Below, piece after piece: positions 11,639 to 24,313 of a DNA stretch of 64,000 nt. The number at the start of each line of letters is the position of its first letter. Within the stretch, counting starts at the first letter, position 1. Source of the DNA: Lingula anatina. Its lineage: Eukaryota; Animalia; Brachiopoda. The translations under genes and the position numbers were made by a program. Below the pieces are notes generated by a model. It worked only from the letters and a program-made list of their open reading frames with translations, was not told the origin of the DNA and ran no database searches. The stretch is from positions 7,068,001 through 7,132,000 of the forward strand of contig CM120641.1 of the NCBI GenBank assembly GCA_051362555.1, read 5' to 3'.

Positions 11639-14544
11639 CACACTTTACTCCACTCAATGGACACAGATAATATTGTTCTGCCCCACATATTTCAATCTTT
11701 AGCAGAACTATTCTCACTTGCACCATTCTCATCATCAGAACTGGAGGCCAGGTATGCCTTGACGTCCATCTCCTGTAGCTCCTCCTTGCTGAAGTCTCTC
11801 ATGGTGAGAGCTGTCCTGTCTCTGTCTGTCTCATCCCAGGTGCAATCCACCTGTGAGGAAAGTATTAAACTTACTCGTTGAAATATTCAATTAAGTGATG
11901 GATACCTGAGGGAGGAGCATCGGGCTTTAACTAAATTCATAAGACACTGATGAAAAACAACTAGGCTACATTTTATAGCATGATGAGAGTAACTGTCTTA
12001 GGTGTGACAGTGTAGTGACCATAAATGTTTGTTGTGGCAACAGGATGACCAGAGAGTGACATTCTCACCTTGGTCTGGTTGAGGGCAGTAGTAACAAACA
12101 GGTTGGGTTTGTAGACTGTGGCATCTGGCATGTCTGTGGCTACACTCTTAGGCTTCTGGTCAAATGTCATCCCATCAGGTACAAACCTGTATAAAGCAGC
12201 AAAATTAACAAATGTACAGACATTCACAGAGAAAAAAAATCAGCTGATGGAATAAATTATGTACCAATAATGTACCAATGATGTATTATGTACCAATTAA
12301 AGGAAACATTTATTGCTTTTTTTCATTAATACTCTGCAACAATTTAAGGTTATGTATTTTGTGTTGACGTACCACTCAGACAAAATAACTAAAGCACGCT
12401 GATATATGATGAAGAATATCAGTATATGTTCAACAAATCATACCAGAGCACTTCAAGATATGTATTATGGCAAACACATTTACCTGAGGTCTAACTTTGT
12501 GGCACTGCTTTCATATTCCCATCCATCTAACTGTTCATAGAGGGCGTTAGCCGTTTCCACAGAGTCACACTCGACAATAGCATAGAAATATTTGAGTCTG
12601 TTCAGCTGGTACTTTCTCAGTTTTTCACGGAACTCTGGGCTTTCTTAATAAAAGAATATATATATATATTCTAATGACTTTTTGAAAAAAAAAAAAAACA
12701 GGACTTTAAAAAACCTGTTAATCTGCAGTGCCGAGGCACAATCAAAATATGTAGTAGTTTTCTGGAAAGGAAAACTGGTAGTGACTTTGAAATCTAACAC
12801 TTGATTAGGTCTTTTATTTGAAATATAGGAGGTCTAACAAGCTTAGAGATGATAAAACATCTTTAAATAAAAAAGTTTAACCTTCATTCAAATCACTTTC
12901 TTTTTTGAGTACATTATTCATACAAACTACCTCATAAAGTTCTTTCCTTATTACAAATGCAGTACCTTCATCTCCTTTTTCCTCCTCTTCATCTTCTTCA
13001 CCATCTTCCCCAAGACTCTTTGTTTTCTCCACCAGCTCTGTTGGGCCTTTCATCCCTTCTTCTTTCATTCTTTCAGCTCCATATTCTGATGGGTAAATCT
13101 AATTGAACAAAGTAGACAAAATATAAGTAAATGGAAACAAAGTAAAAAAATGCTAATCATTCCATGATATCTTATAACAAACCACTGACCCAATGTATTG
13201 TACTTTTGGTAAGGTGATTGACATGTTAAATAGTAGTTGCTTTGTATCTTAACAGCTTGTTCAATGCTTTAAATAATACAAAACATTGATTACAAAGAAA
13301 GATGCAAAACAAAGAGGCAACTCACAGTGACTGACTTTATCACCCCTGCAGTTGGCTTGAAGGAGTTGAGCAATACAAACAAATCTTGAGCCTTGATCCT
13401 GTCCCAGTCCATATTGCACATGGCAAGCCTATTGGTTGCCTCATCTGCCTGAGGTGCATTGGTGTCAAGGTCATCCCACATGTCATCTGCTTCATCTGGC
13501 AGAATTAAAATATCACTCCAATTTATCATTCACTTAAATTACCAGTTTTTTGTGATGTGTTATAAAAGTGATCACTTATTTCACCATTTCTATCATCTAT
13601 TTATTTATCTCCTACACATTTAGTTATTTATTAAGTCATTCTTTTTAAATCAATTTGGCTTACTTAAACATAAGAACAGGAATTTCTTAGTGGCAAATTT
13701 TTGATGTATCCCAAAAGCACATAATATTCAATGAAATCTTTGACTGAAAATTCAAACCATAAATTATACCGATTTATCAAAATTTGCACAATATTGTTAA
13801 TATTTATGTAAACAATTTTCTAAGCAAACTGGATTCATCATACCTTCATCTTCTTCTTCCTCAAGACCTGAATCCTCATCACTTGAACTTTCAACGCCCC
13901 CCTCCCCCCTAGCTAGATCAGGACCAAAAGCTGAAAATATAAAATAACAGCATAAAACTTTGAAACCATATCTGATGTTGTGCTGCCATAAGTTTTGGTA
14001 CAGCAGTGAGCTTAATAACATATCTTTCACCAACACAATGACACAATGAGAAATGATTAATTGTTTTCTACTTTTTTTCCAAAGTCATATTTAGTATTTG
14101 GTGCTTCTGTGAGTCATAAATTATTTGTTCCAAAAACAGACTGATAATGCTTCAAGAATTATCTAATGAATATTTTCACTGTATTTAAATTCACCAGTTA
14201 CTCTAAGTGAGAAAATGAGTTGTGAGCATGATGTCATAAAAATGGAGATTTTAACCTATCGCAATTTGATATCCAATGTAAAATGCTGGAGTTCAAGATT
14301 TAAGGAAAATCTTTTTGAATTGTTAATTCTTCTGCTCATGTAAAATGTATAGACAAAAAAAACAAGATAAACCATGGGTTGATTGCATCTATTTATACTT
14401 TTCTTGCATATCACATGGCAAAAAACACAAATCTTGCCTTGTGTTTTCCTATTATCTGTTTCTTCATCTTCTATCTCTAAATCTTCCTCCTCCTCATCAT
14501 CATCCTCATCTTCCACATCTTCACCCTCTTTCTCTTCTTCATTC

Positions 14545-14577
<33 letters not shown>

Positions 14578-14797
14578 CTGTCCTCTTGGTCTTCCTGGCC
14601 CTCCTTGTCTAAAATGTAGCAGATATGTCAAACAACAAATAAGAAGTAAAGAATTAGACAAAACCTCATCTAAAATGTAGCAGATATGTCAAACAACAAA
14701 TAAGAAGTAAAGAATTAGGCAAAACCTGTAACATGGAGTTATTTAGTAAAATTGTGTTATTTTGATAAAACTTCTATTACAACCAACTCAGTTTATT

Positions 14798-14844
<47 letters not shown>

Positions 14845-15534
14845 TTTTTGAAAAAACAACCCTGCACCCACATGGTTAAATATGCAATATACCAAGTTTT
14901 TACAAAATGACATTCAACAAATACCTGATGATCTCTCTTCACTTTCTTTGCTGCTATCCTTCATATTTCCAGGGTCATATGGTGCTCTTTTCTTTACATT
15001 TCTTAAAGACATTCTTTCCTTGTCAGTACTGCAAACTGATTTCTTACTTTTATTTTTTTCTTTGTTTACAGAAACCATACCAGCTTTGGATTTGGATTTA
15101 TTTCCCTTGCTATCAATTTTGTCAAATTTGATATCTTTATTTGAGAATTCCTTCAAAGATGATTTCTTCATCTCTATATCTGACTTTCCTTTTCTCTTGT
15201 CATTGTATTTTTTCATTGACTCTGTTTTTGCCTTATTTACTTTTCCCTTTGCAGACTTTTTACTTTTCTTTTCACTCCTTTCTTGATCACCACTGCCATC
15301 GTCTTCAGATTCAGATGTGTCAAGCTCATAAAACTGTCTTAAATGATCATTAGAAGTGAGATTTATAGGGCGGCCTCTTTTGTCCACTGTATACTTCAGC
15401 TTGAACCGTTTATCATTGAACATGCTCTGAAACCTTTTATCAATCTTTACTTTTCTGTCACGTTTACCCATCCTCCGGAATCTCGGGTCTGTAGGTATAT
15501 GGGAAAAACGGGCATCTTTTACAATGTCCTCCAT
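7149..15534 (-). CDS. ESF1: ESF1 homolog, nucleolar pre-rRNA processing protein (14 coding exons)
   Basis: Phase-consistent exons: 14925-15534 ([13 protein letters not shown]...IDKRFQSMF...VDKRGR), 14438-14608, 13844-13930, 13326-13495 ([17 protein letters not shown]), 12966-13098 (IYPSEYG), 12484-12643 ([14 protein letters not shown]), 12069-12186 (RFVPD), 11718-11850, 11295-11468 (MEITWEPG), 11010-11134 (LTPWEQYL), 10601-10700, 9923-9990 (or 9981), 9539-9685, 7149-7469 (NUC153-type [18 protein letters not shown]). Confidence 0.95.
9763..9830. repeat. Compound (CT)n(GT)n microsatellite in an ESF1 intron
   Basis: Directly visible. Confidence 0.9.
10037..10330. mobile_element. MITE-like inverted-repeat element in an ESF1 intron
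   Basis: Perfect 22-bp inverted pair cactaaattgctatcaacttaa (10104-10125) / ttaagttgatagcaatttagtg (10242-10263); a related copy lies at about 42017-42150. Confidence 0.6.
14608..14727. repeat. 61-bp tandem duplication including an ESF1 splice acceptor
   Basis: tctaaaatgtagcagatatgtcaaacaacaaataagaagtaaagaattagRcaaaacct starts at both 14608 and 14669. Confidence 0.92.
14792..14848. repeat. (TTTA)n microsatellite
   Basis: Directly visible. Confidence 0.9.
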
Positions 15535-15899
15535 TTTCAGTGGTAGTCTTTGTACTTAATCTAGTAGAAGTTTATAACCTGAAAATATAAAATAATATGA
15601 TTGTCATTAGCACTAGGACATTTAAACAAAGCATTTACATGAGTTCATATATCTGAATTTGTTCAGCAAAATTATATTTCAAAATATATGTAGATAATAT
15701 TAATTTAGAAATAACCTTACTAGTAACAGGTTAGTAAAAAATGAGGAAGAGGCATGAGAATGCTTTTTATGTTACGCTCGTCAAGCTGCAAGCTTACATA
15801 GTGAGAATGGCCATCTTAAAAATGAGGTGTCTCTTGTAATTACCCTCCACTATCAAAGTAATAAACATCTTTTTGAGCTACAGCCTACACATACAAATT

Positions 15900-16037
15900 A
15901 ACGTACCATACCTGTATCACGTCTAATATCACAACAACGTGTTTGAAAAGGAAGTGCTCTTTTCCACAGGGAGATTCGTAAACTGCTACTTCCGCTCCTG
16001 GCGCACATGGTTCAGTTTGAAAAGTTTGATTGTTCCA
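15900..16037. promoter_or_regulatory. Putative bidirectional promoter shared by ESF1 and TRMT5
   Basis: The two ATGs diverge about 500 bp apart. ETS-type motifs AGGAAGTG (15949-15956) and ACTTCCG (15988-15994), local CpG retention, a minus-strand donor CAG/GTATGG at 15912/15911 and an acceptor before 15578 suggest a non-coding ESF1 first exon. Confidence 0.6.
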
Positions 16038-19000
16038 ATGTTGAGGAACATTTTGCGCATTTCTGTTGACAAATATACCGGTACTGTCGTACTGGGAGGA
16101 CGCCAATTCACATTGAAGTGTCTTTCTCAGACAGAGGTACTCGAAAAGAAAAACACAGAGGCTTTCGTCGTTCGCCAACCGTCCTCTCGTTCCAAAGCTT
16201 TCTCACGACCCGCTTTCCCAGCAACACACGCTGTATCAAGTTCCTTTAAATTACCCCAGCTGCTGGTAAATGTTATACTTAGAATACCAATGATGTCCAG
16301 TCTAATAACTGCTCCGAAGGGAATCACAAGTACTAGAGATATTTCCCCTCCCAAGTCAGTGCGAGGAATGGTCACACTCGATAGGGAAAAGTTTAAACAA
16401 AAAGTGTACGTGCCAGGTATACTTGTTCCAGCGCAAGGGATACGTGATATCGTACGACACTTTAACAGCCACCTCCTAAGATTGACTAAGGTTCAACCAT
16501 TCGTTGACTTATCTGATGACGATCCCAATGTGAAAAAAAGTAGAGTTATGCTTTTAGACCCGCAGCAACATCCAACAAAGGATTCTTTCACAGAAGAAGA
16601 GAGTGACATGCTGAAAAGTAAAGGAGCGGACCCTGACACTTGGCAACTGTATGAACTGGATATGGAATATGAAAATTGGAATGGAGAAGACATTTTTAAG
16701 GCAGTGTTGCCCATTGAAAGTGAAGGGTTTTCAAGTTATACTGTCATTGGGCACATAGCTCACCTGAACTTAAAAGATGCATTGCTAGACTACAAACATC
16801 TTATTGGTATGATTGATTATTGAATAAAAAAAATCTTTTTTTGAATGTTAGCAGCAGTTTGCTAACTTTTTAGGAGCCAAAATTATCATTGGCCTAGGTG
16901 GTCCCCTGAACCCCATATTTTCTGACTTTCAGTAAATCGCATCTTGTTTGCACTTTTGGTCCAGACTGATAAAAATTCATTAGTCTTTTGCCATTATGAT
17001 CCAAGCGCGATTCCAAATTGCCCTATATTTTTGCCTCTTATGAAAGTTTGAATGTATGTAAGATAGTTTATTTCAGTGATATATTGCTTATCAGGCAATC
17101 TTGCTATTCTGATGCAAAAGAATATCTGCATTTGTGCCTTTGATTTCTGGGATGCAATTAATGGATGATTTTAAAACAAAATATTATATATGATTTACTC
17201 AATACTACATGGTCTACACTTTATCTTGATTTCTTATTAAAAGTTATCACATTCTTATTTCAATGCTGTATCTGTTACTGTACACAGCTTCTTTATCATC
17301 CCTCTCTAGGTCAAGTCCTCATAGACAAGTTTAAAACCATTAAAACAGTTGTTAACAAGACCAACACAATAGACAACACCTTCAGGAATTTCCAAATGGA
17401 GGTGATAGCAGGGGAGGATAACTTCATTACCACAGCTAAAGAAAACGGCTGCCAATACAAGATGGATTTCTCCAAAGTTTACTGGAATTCTAGACTTGGT
17501 AATCACCCTGGTGGTGGTAGTGAATCTTTGTGTGTGTGTGTGTGTGTGTTGGGGGGGGGGGGGGAGGTCTATAGATGAACGTATTTCCTTAGAAATAATT
17601 TTGTTAAATTTGAAATATTATCTTTGTTTGTATTAGCAGATACATTTCCCCCTCTTTTTTCCTAAAATAAAAAGTTTGACCCACATACAACCAAATTCCT
17701 GAGAGGGGGAAAAATGAACACTGAGACACATTTCATGTAGTAAGCACTGCCATGTGGGATAGAGGTAGGGGAAAAATGGTGCACATGTTTTGGAATACGG
17801 TACCCCTCCCCCTTCCTCCAATTTGATATTCTGGATCAGCCATTGTTTGTTTTAATAACTTTAAGCATTTGGTAAAAATAATAGTTTGCATGTTTCACCC
17901 TAATGTTGCGTTGCCTTCAGCTTATAAAATGCTCGACTTTTCTACTCGGTGATAAGCTGAATCCTTTGAGACACTGCAGTTAGAATTCCTAGCCATTCCT
18001 AGAGCACAACAGGAAATATTTGAATCTTTTGGTTCAACTGTTTAGAATGATTCAGTATATGTACCACAGCTATTTTAAAAGTGAATTACTTTTGTATCTA
18101 GGTACAGAACACGAGCGGATTGTCAAGTTGCTGAAACCTGGAGACAAACTGTATGATGTATTTGCTGGTATTGGCCCATTTGCAGTGCCAGCAGGGAAAA
18201 AGAAATGCACAGTTCTAGCAAACGATCTAAACCCTGAATCTCACAAGTGGCTACAGGAGAATTTGAAATTGAACAAAGTTGGTGGCCAAGTCCAGACATA
18301 TAACTTAGATGGCAGAGAATTCATCAGAACAGTTGCAAAGGCAGATTTAGTGTCTTGGTACAGGGAGGATAAATATCCTCTGCAGTCAGTGCACTTTGTT
18401 ATGAACTTACCAGCAATGGCACTCGAATTTCTGGACAGTTTTAAAGGACTTCTTTCTGATCATCCCACAATTCTCCACGAAAACTCCGTCTTACCAATGG
18501 TGTACTGCTACTGTTTTAGCAATGCATCAGACCATTTGGAGGACATCAGGGAAAGAGTTGCCACTTATCTGAGTAAAGAGGTGGCACAGAAAGTCCAGAT
18601 ACGGTTTGTGAGGAATGTAGCACCCAAAAAGGACATGTATTGCGTTATATTCCAGTTGGACAAATGTGTGCTGTTGTGGGAGGGTGAGAATGAAGGTGAG
18701 TGTGTTAGTTGTGACAGTATTGCAACATATTATACAAGATCATGATCCTGAAAAGCTAAATGTGTTGTGACCATTCAGTATCCTGTATTATGTTCTACTC
18801 CAGCCCCACTATAAGACTCATCACCATGAAAGGTTTATTTCAGAACTCTTAATTTTTATAACATTGAGTTTAATTAAACTTTGTGCTGTCTTCATGTGCA
18901 TCACCTTACACTGATTCTGGGTATAGCAAAATGTTAAAAATAAAGATTCTGTTATATAAAAAACATCAAATTTTTTTTAATGTCTTTATTGCTACCTTTC

Positions 19001-19081
19001 AAAATTTCAGAGACAGGAAACAGTGAAGAATGTGAACCAGAAAGGAAGAAATCAAAGCATGAGGATACAGTTGCTCATTAA
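16038..19081 (+). CDS. TRMT5: tRNA (guanine(37)-N1)-methyltransferase TRM5 (4 coding exons)
   Basis: Exons 16038-16806 (PPKSVRGMVTLDREKF...SSYTVIGHIAHLNL), 17310-17498 (TVVNKTNTIDNTFRNFQME...DFSKVYWNSRL), 18102-18695 (TEHERIV...DVFAGIGPFAVPA...LANDLNP...VMNLP...VRNVAPKKDMYC), 19011-19081 (basic EPERKKSK tail). All introns are phase-1 GT-AG. Confidence 0.95.
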
Positions 19082-19688
19082 CTTCAGAAGAAAATAAAAA
19101 GAAAAGTGGAACCATGTAAGTTAGGCCCTGGTTAGTTTTATGTTCATATATGGCAATAAGATGGACAATTGACCAAGACATTTGCCAAGTCTCTGAATGA
19201 AATCTGTCATTGACAATGCAGTCTCCCGTTGAAAGGCAACACATGCCTTTTTTGTGCTGTTTTATCAATGTGTGACTGATAAAAGCATTAAGGTGTATTT
19301 TTTTCATACATATTTTATTCTGCCTATTTATTATCATGTTTTTATTGTGACACTCCAAGTGGTGGATCACTTCATTCCACTTTAGGAAATCAGGGAGATA
19401 TGCAGAAATACAAAATAAGATCTTTGAACCATATTTATTTCACTTGGCTAGTGGAAAATGATACACAGTTGACTTTGGCTGAGGTCTGCAAAACAACATA
19501 TTGACCTTAACCAAAAGTTAATGGTTTGTTAAATAATTTTAAACGTGAATGTCAATTTCCTGCAAGATGACATCAAAAGATTGCTGTAATCCCTCGCATT
19601 TTTTTTTTTTTTTCCTTCTCATTGAAGATATGTTTCCTTTATGCTGATTTGTCCGTCAGCTGTTTGATGATATGTTCAATAGACTTTA

Positions 19689-21830
19689 TCAGTGATTAGG
19701 AAGGCTCAAGCCACCTATGGGACAATGGCCCCTGTTGGGAACCCTTGTATGGGCAATTTTGCAAACCAATGGGCCATTGTGTAAAGCTAATGGGCCATTT
19801 TTTAACACAAATATATTCAAAATATCTATATTTTGAGTGGAAATTATGTGAATAATGTATAATAGTTGGTTGAAATTAATGTTAAAATACAAGACCAATT
19901 AATAACTTAAGAATATCAATAAAAAGGTCAAAAATTCTCCAGAAACTGACAGTGTTAGATGTGCCTATCAAACCAGTCTTTTTCAAGAGCATTATGTCAT
20001 TTTTATAGCATTTACCTGCATGAAAAAGCACCATACAGAATTAACTGAAAAAATGCACTTTTTTTATTAGATGAAACCATCAAGAAGAAGTAAAACAAAA
20101 TCTGATTTATCAAAATTGAAGGTAGATGACATATACAGTTTTTTTATGAATTACTTGTCCATCAAAATGTAAACAATAGGACTCCCACACCCATACTTAA
20201 GGGTAGCTCTTTCAAAAGCTTAATTGCCTACATTTTTACATGCATTGAAACACAGTCTAAGTCGGTTATTCAGATACATCCAAGCACCATGAGCTTTCTT
20301 CAATGATGAAGACATGTCAGCACTCAGCACCAGGCAGCGACTAGCTCCCCAGTGATCTGCGGTCTCCTCATGCCATATCAAGCTGGAAGTTTTATAAGTT
20401 GCACACCTATCAGTGAAGGAATTCTTCAGGCCTGCTTCTTTGCACTGCTTGTAAAACAGTTTCTTTTGAAAAGTGTCGTAATGGAGCCAGTCCCATAACT
20501 TAAGCCACCGGGGGATAGAATCCAAGTGTGACCTGAGATTGAGAGTGTGAGAGAGAGGTGCCATCAATGACACTACCAGCATGTTACTACATGTAACAGG
20601 AGCCTTTGGAGGCAGATTTGTCTCATCTGTGATGAAACCAAAACAGGGAGCTTTGTTACAGTCCTTCACTATGTCATCCTTAATAACATCGGTGGCAATT
20701 TCAATAATTTCATTCTGTGTATCTGGTGATAGGTAGCTAGGTGGTAGAATCTTTGCTAGTACTGCTTTTTTGAAAGATGATTGCTCAACAGCTCATGATC
20801 ATATGTCCTTGCTTCTGTATTTAAAAAAATGACGTAACATTATTTTGTGTGCTTCATGCTTCCTTTTGGTATGGAAGAACGCTTGGTCTGGTCAATAAGA
20901 TACATGATAGGTTTGCTGATTTTCAGGTAAATTCTTGTTTCTCTGCCAGGTGCTAGGACTGCAATTCTAATGTTTAAGATGATGGTAGCTAATGGTTTAG
21001 CGTTTTGGGGGCAATAAATGTAACTGCATAGGATTATTTTATATTATACCCTCTTAGTTGTCCCTGAGCATAAGCATTCAAACTATGTATAAAAATTGTT
21101 TTTATTACGATGAAATTTTCATCTGTACAATCGCTGTGTTGAGTGCACAGGATGCTATGCCCTTGTAAAGAACTTCCAGATCTTTGGATAGGTGAAATTT
21201 GTGAAGAATAGGTGATTAAATACGATACCATCCAAGGTATGCAGCAACAGTGACAAGACTGATATGAAAGGGCTTAGGTTTTTCTGGCAAGAATCCCCCT
21301 GACAACCTCATGATACAGGCTGGCAAAGAAGGCATGATTTGTGATAACAATATCCTCAATGAGATTTAAAAAGATGTGAAATGGGCCTTGAAGAGATCTG
21401 AGTAGGGCAACTGAGCTATTAGTTTTTTCATGTAATAAAAGGTGGGATAATCTCCTGGGAGGAAAACTGCATTTTTGTTGATATAGTCCAACAGCTTATC
21501 ACTCAGCACATTCGTCTGGAGGCCTTTTCATAGTCTTCCAAGCTGTGAAGAGGTTGATGAATTTCATTTATTAGCAAAGTTTAAATTTTGGCATCCTTTA
21601 ACGAACGGTCCATTTTTATACCCGTTAAATTTGTCCGGAATCTTCCTTGACGAAAGCAGGCCTTAAAGGGAAAGGCGCGTATTGCAATATACTATTTGAC
21701 GGTTTTTGTGACATATCATTATCAGCCAACTAAACTCTGCTTTCCAACTTGGAACAATCATCTGCTGCCTCTTATTTTGGTCGTAGTCTTTACGGTAGTC
21801 CGAGAAACTGGCGGAGCATGCCATTGTTTA
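19689..21830 (-). mobile_element. Degraded hAT-superfamily transposon
   Basis: Minus-strand remnants YLSPDTQNEIIEIA...IVKDCNKAPCFGFITDET (about 20620-20740; hAT/ZMYM1-like core with first catalytic D) and SWKAEFSWL..YC..FVKGCQN (about 21580-21825; TTF-type zinc finger) with stops; CAGTG-type end near 19689. Confidence 0.65.
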
Positions 21831-22105
21831 GACTTAGAAGTGGAGCCTACAAGTTAAATCAAATGCACGCCACATTATCCTCTTGACCATATTACCTTGT
21901 ATTTAATTGGGTGATTGGAGTGAATCTTCCCATGACAAAAGTCGTAGTCTTTACGGTAGTCCGAGAAACTGGCGGAGCATGCCATTGTTTAGACTTAGAA
22001 GTGGAGCCTACAAGTTAAATTAAATGCACGCCACATTATCCTCTTGACCATATTACCTTGTATTTAATTGGGTGATTGGAGTGAATCTTCCCATGACAAA
22101 AGTCG
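21780..22105. repeat. 161-bp near-perfect tandem duplication
   Basis: The unit gtcgtagtctttacggtag...cccatgacaaaa occurs at 21780 and 21941 with one visible substitution. Confidence 0.92.
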
Positions 22106-23357
22106 GAAGTACTCTTTTAATGATGTAACAGCCAACGGTAAAGAAACAAACAAATGAGCAGACCAATGTACTTGTCAATTTTTTTCAGAGATTAAGTAAA
22201 TTAATGCAGTGGATCAGATTCTTTTAAGAAAATTTAACTGTGCATGCTTCCCCATGTCAGCAGTATCACTGTTGTTGATACTGCTGCACTTCAAGTCTAT
22301 ACCCCCTGAACAGAATGAGGGCATTCTGAAATGAGTTAATTTAACATATTCAACATTATTAACCCTATTTGTGCCCCCCCAATGCCGCATCACTTTAAAG
22401 AAAAACAAGGGGTAAAAGAAAAAAATTTTAAACCAATGATAGGGTTGTTATATACCATTTTATTCTTTATTAAACTTTTTTCCTTTTTTAAGGGGAAATA
22501 AAAGGGTCAACTTAATTGTGTGAGTGTTACTATGTATACTGAAAGAAAACCAACCTTTCAGTCTCCTCCAGCTCTCTTCTCAGTCTCTCTGTTGTTGTTA
22601 AATGAATAGGGGTTGAAGGACAGGTTGGAGGTTGGAGTGTTTCATGCTCTTTGAGGCGAATCCCAACATAGAATGAGTTTTTTTCATATTCTCTCAGCAT
22701 CGGGGGAAATAGTTGTTTGATATGCTTTCCTAAAGTATGCCTGTCCATGCCAAATGTCCTCTCTAAAGTGACTACTTTCACAGAACGTATGTACGGTCTA
22801 CTCTTTGGTCCCACTACAATTGAACTCTTCAGTCTAAAACAAAGATATATTTATTTCAGGACATTAGATTTTACCCGAATCACATCTTTCTTTTGAAAGA
22901 AAAGACTTAGCTGCATGATTGGTATAAGAATCTGTCATGATTGGTATAAGTCTGTCATGTTATAGAAGTCAGAGCCTACTTTCTTCAACAGTCCTTTAGT
23001 AACAGGGTCATGTTGTCCAGCTTCTGATAAATAGGTCAACAAACTGTCAAAGGTGTGTATGTGTAGTATACTGCATCCACTACCTTATTCAGTTACTGAC
23101 CTGAACATCACCATCTTCAGACTTTAGTTTCGTAGCTGAGACCATTCTCAGGAAACGTGCTTTCCATACCAGCTACGAGTCAGGCTGCTTGAAGTCAAAT
23201 TCCTACAGAAGAAAAATCTTTGCCATGTTTTCACAATAATTTGCAATTAACACACCATAAACGTCGAAACAGTTCTCCAACAGGTTCACAACACATTCAG
23301 TAAACAGATGTGGAGACAATGAGACGTAGTCCTTGAACCGACTGCCACCATGTGAGG

Positions 23358-23945
23358 TTATATTCTCTGACATGTGAATAACACAACAACGTGTTCAGGT
23401 TGGCGGAAACGAGGACATTCTTTATTATCCTGCACATGCATGTACAGGTCACTGACCTGACCTACATATGACCTGACCTTCATATGACCTGACCTACGTA
23501 TGACGGTGTTTACATTCATCAGTATATCACACAGACTACATTGGATCAGCTCGTCCCATTGGAGTTGCAGTTGAGTAGCCTCTTGGAACAGCACTTTACC
23601 CCTTATAACAACAAGGCACACTAGGCCTAGTGGGTCATATATTGATGCAACAGTGCTGAGCATAATGCGCCTATTCACATGAGACCTAAAATTTAATTTG
23701 AAGACAAAATAGAACATATCTGCAGTAACATCCCATTTGATACCTAGGGCTTTAGCACAAATATTAGGCGTAAGCTCCCGTACTTCTTTCGCTAGGTCAC
23801 AAGGGGGCATACCTTCAAGAAGAGCCTCATCTTTGATTGCAAATTTGGTCAAATTAAATCCACCCATACAGCCTGTTGTACTTCATCAATCACTTCATCT
23901 TTAGTCTTCACAGACTTCAACAAGTCATCAACATAAAAATACCTC
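23358..23945 (-). mobile_element. BEL/Pao LTR retrotransposon pol fragment (RT/RNaseH linker)
   Basis: FYVDDLLKS (about 23912-23938), then GGFNLTKF, KALGIKWD, RRIMLSTVASIYDPLGLV and LQWDE, which are typical Pao motifs; truncated and frameshifted. Confidence 0.85.
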
Positions 23946-24313
23946 ATGGTTAACATGCTTCCCCATATGAAGTAGCATCAACCTTTTGCTCCATGGGAGT
24001 GGCCTTTTTGATGTTGCATTGTGGTCCAACCACGTTCCTCTGAATGCCAAAATATGTTGGGTTGCTCACATATCCACAGTTCAAAAAACTGAACATCAGC
24101 TTGACATTGTTGTAGCAGTTGACACTCAGAAATGAACTTCAGGCCCACAAAAAGTTCCCAGCTAACACCATATCTTATTTGGAGTGACTGCACCATAGCC
24201 CACCAGGGTGACCTTCCTCATATGACTAACAAAAGAAAAAAGTCATGGTTACATTAGTGAGAGTAAATAAAACTTATAAAATCTTTCTGAAATTTTGTCC
24301 ATTTCTATTTATA

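Noticed and set aside
14345-15353. His-rich, Ser-rich and Leu/Phe-rich plus-strand ORFs
   Set aside because: They are antisense shadows of the Asp/Glu- and Lys-rich ESF1 exons.
15939-16037. ORF-track N-terminus of TRMT5 starting at GTG
   Set aside because: Non-ATG start within the presumed promoter; the first ATG is 16038.
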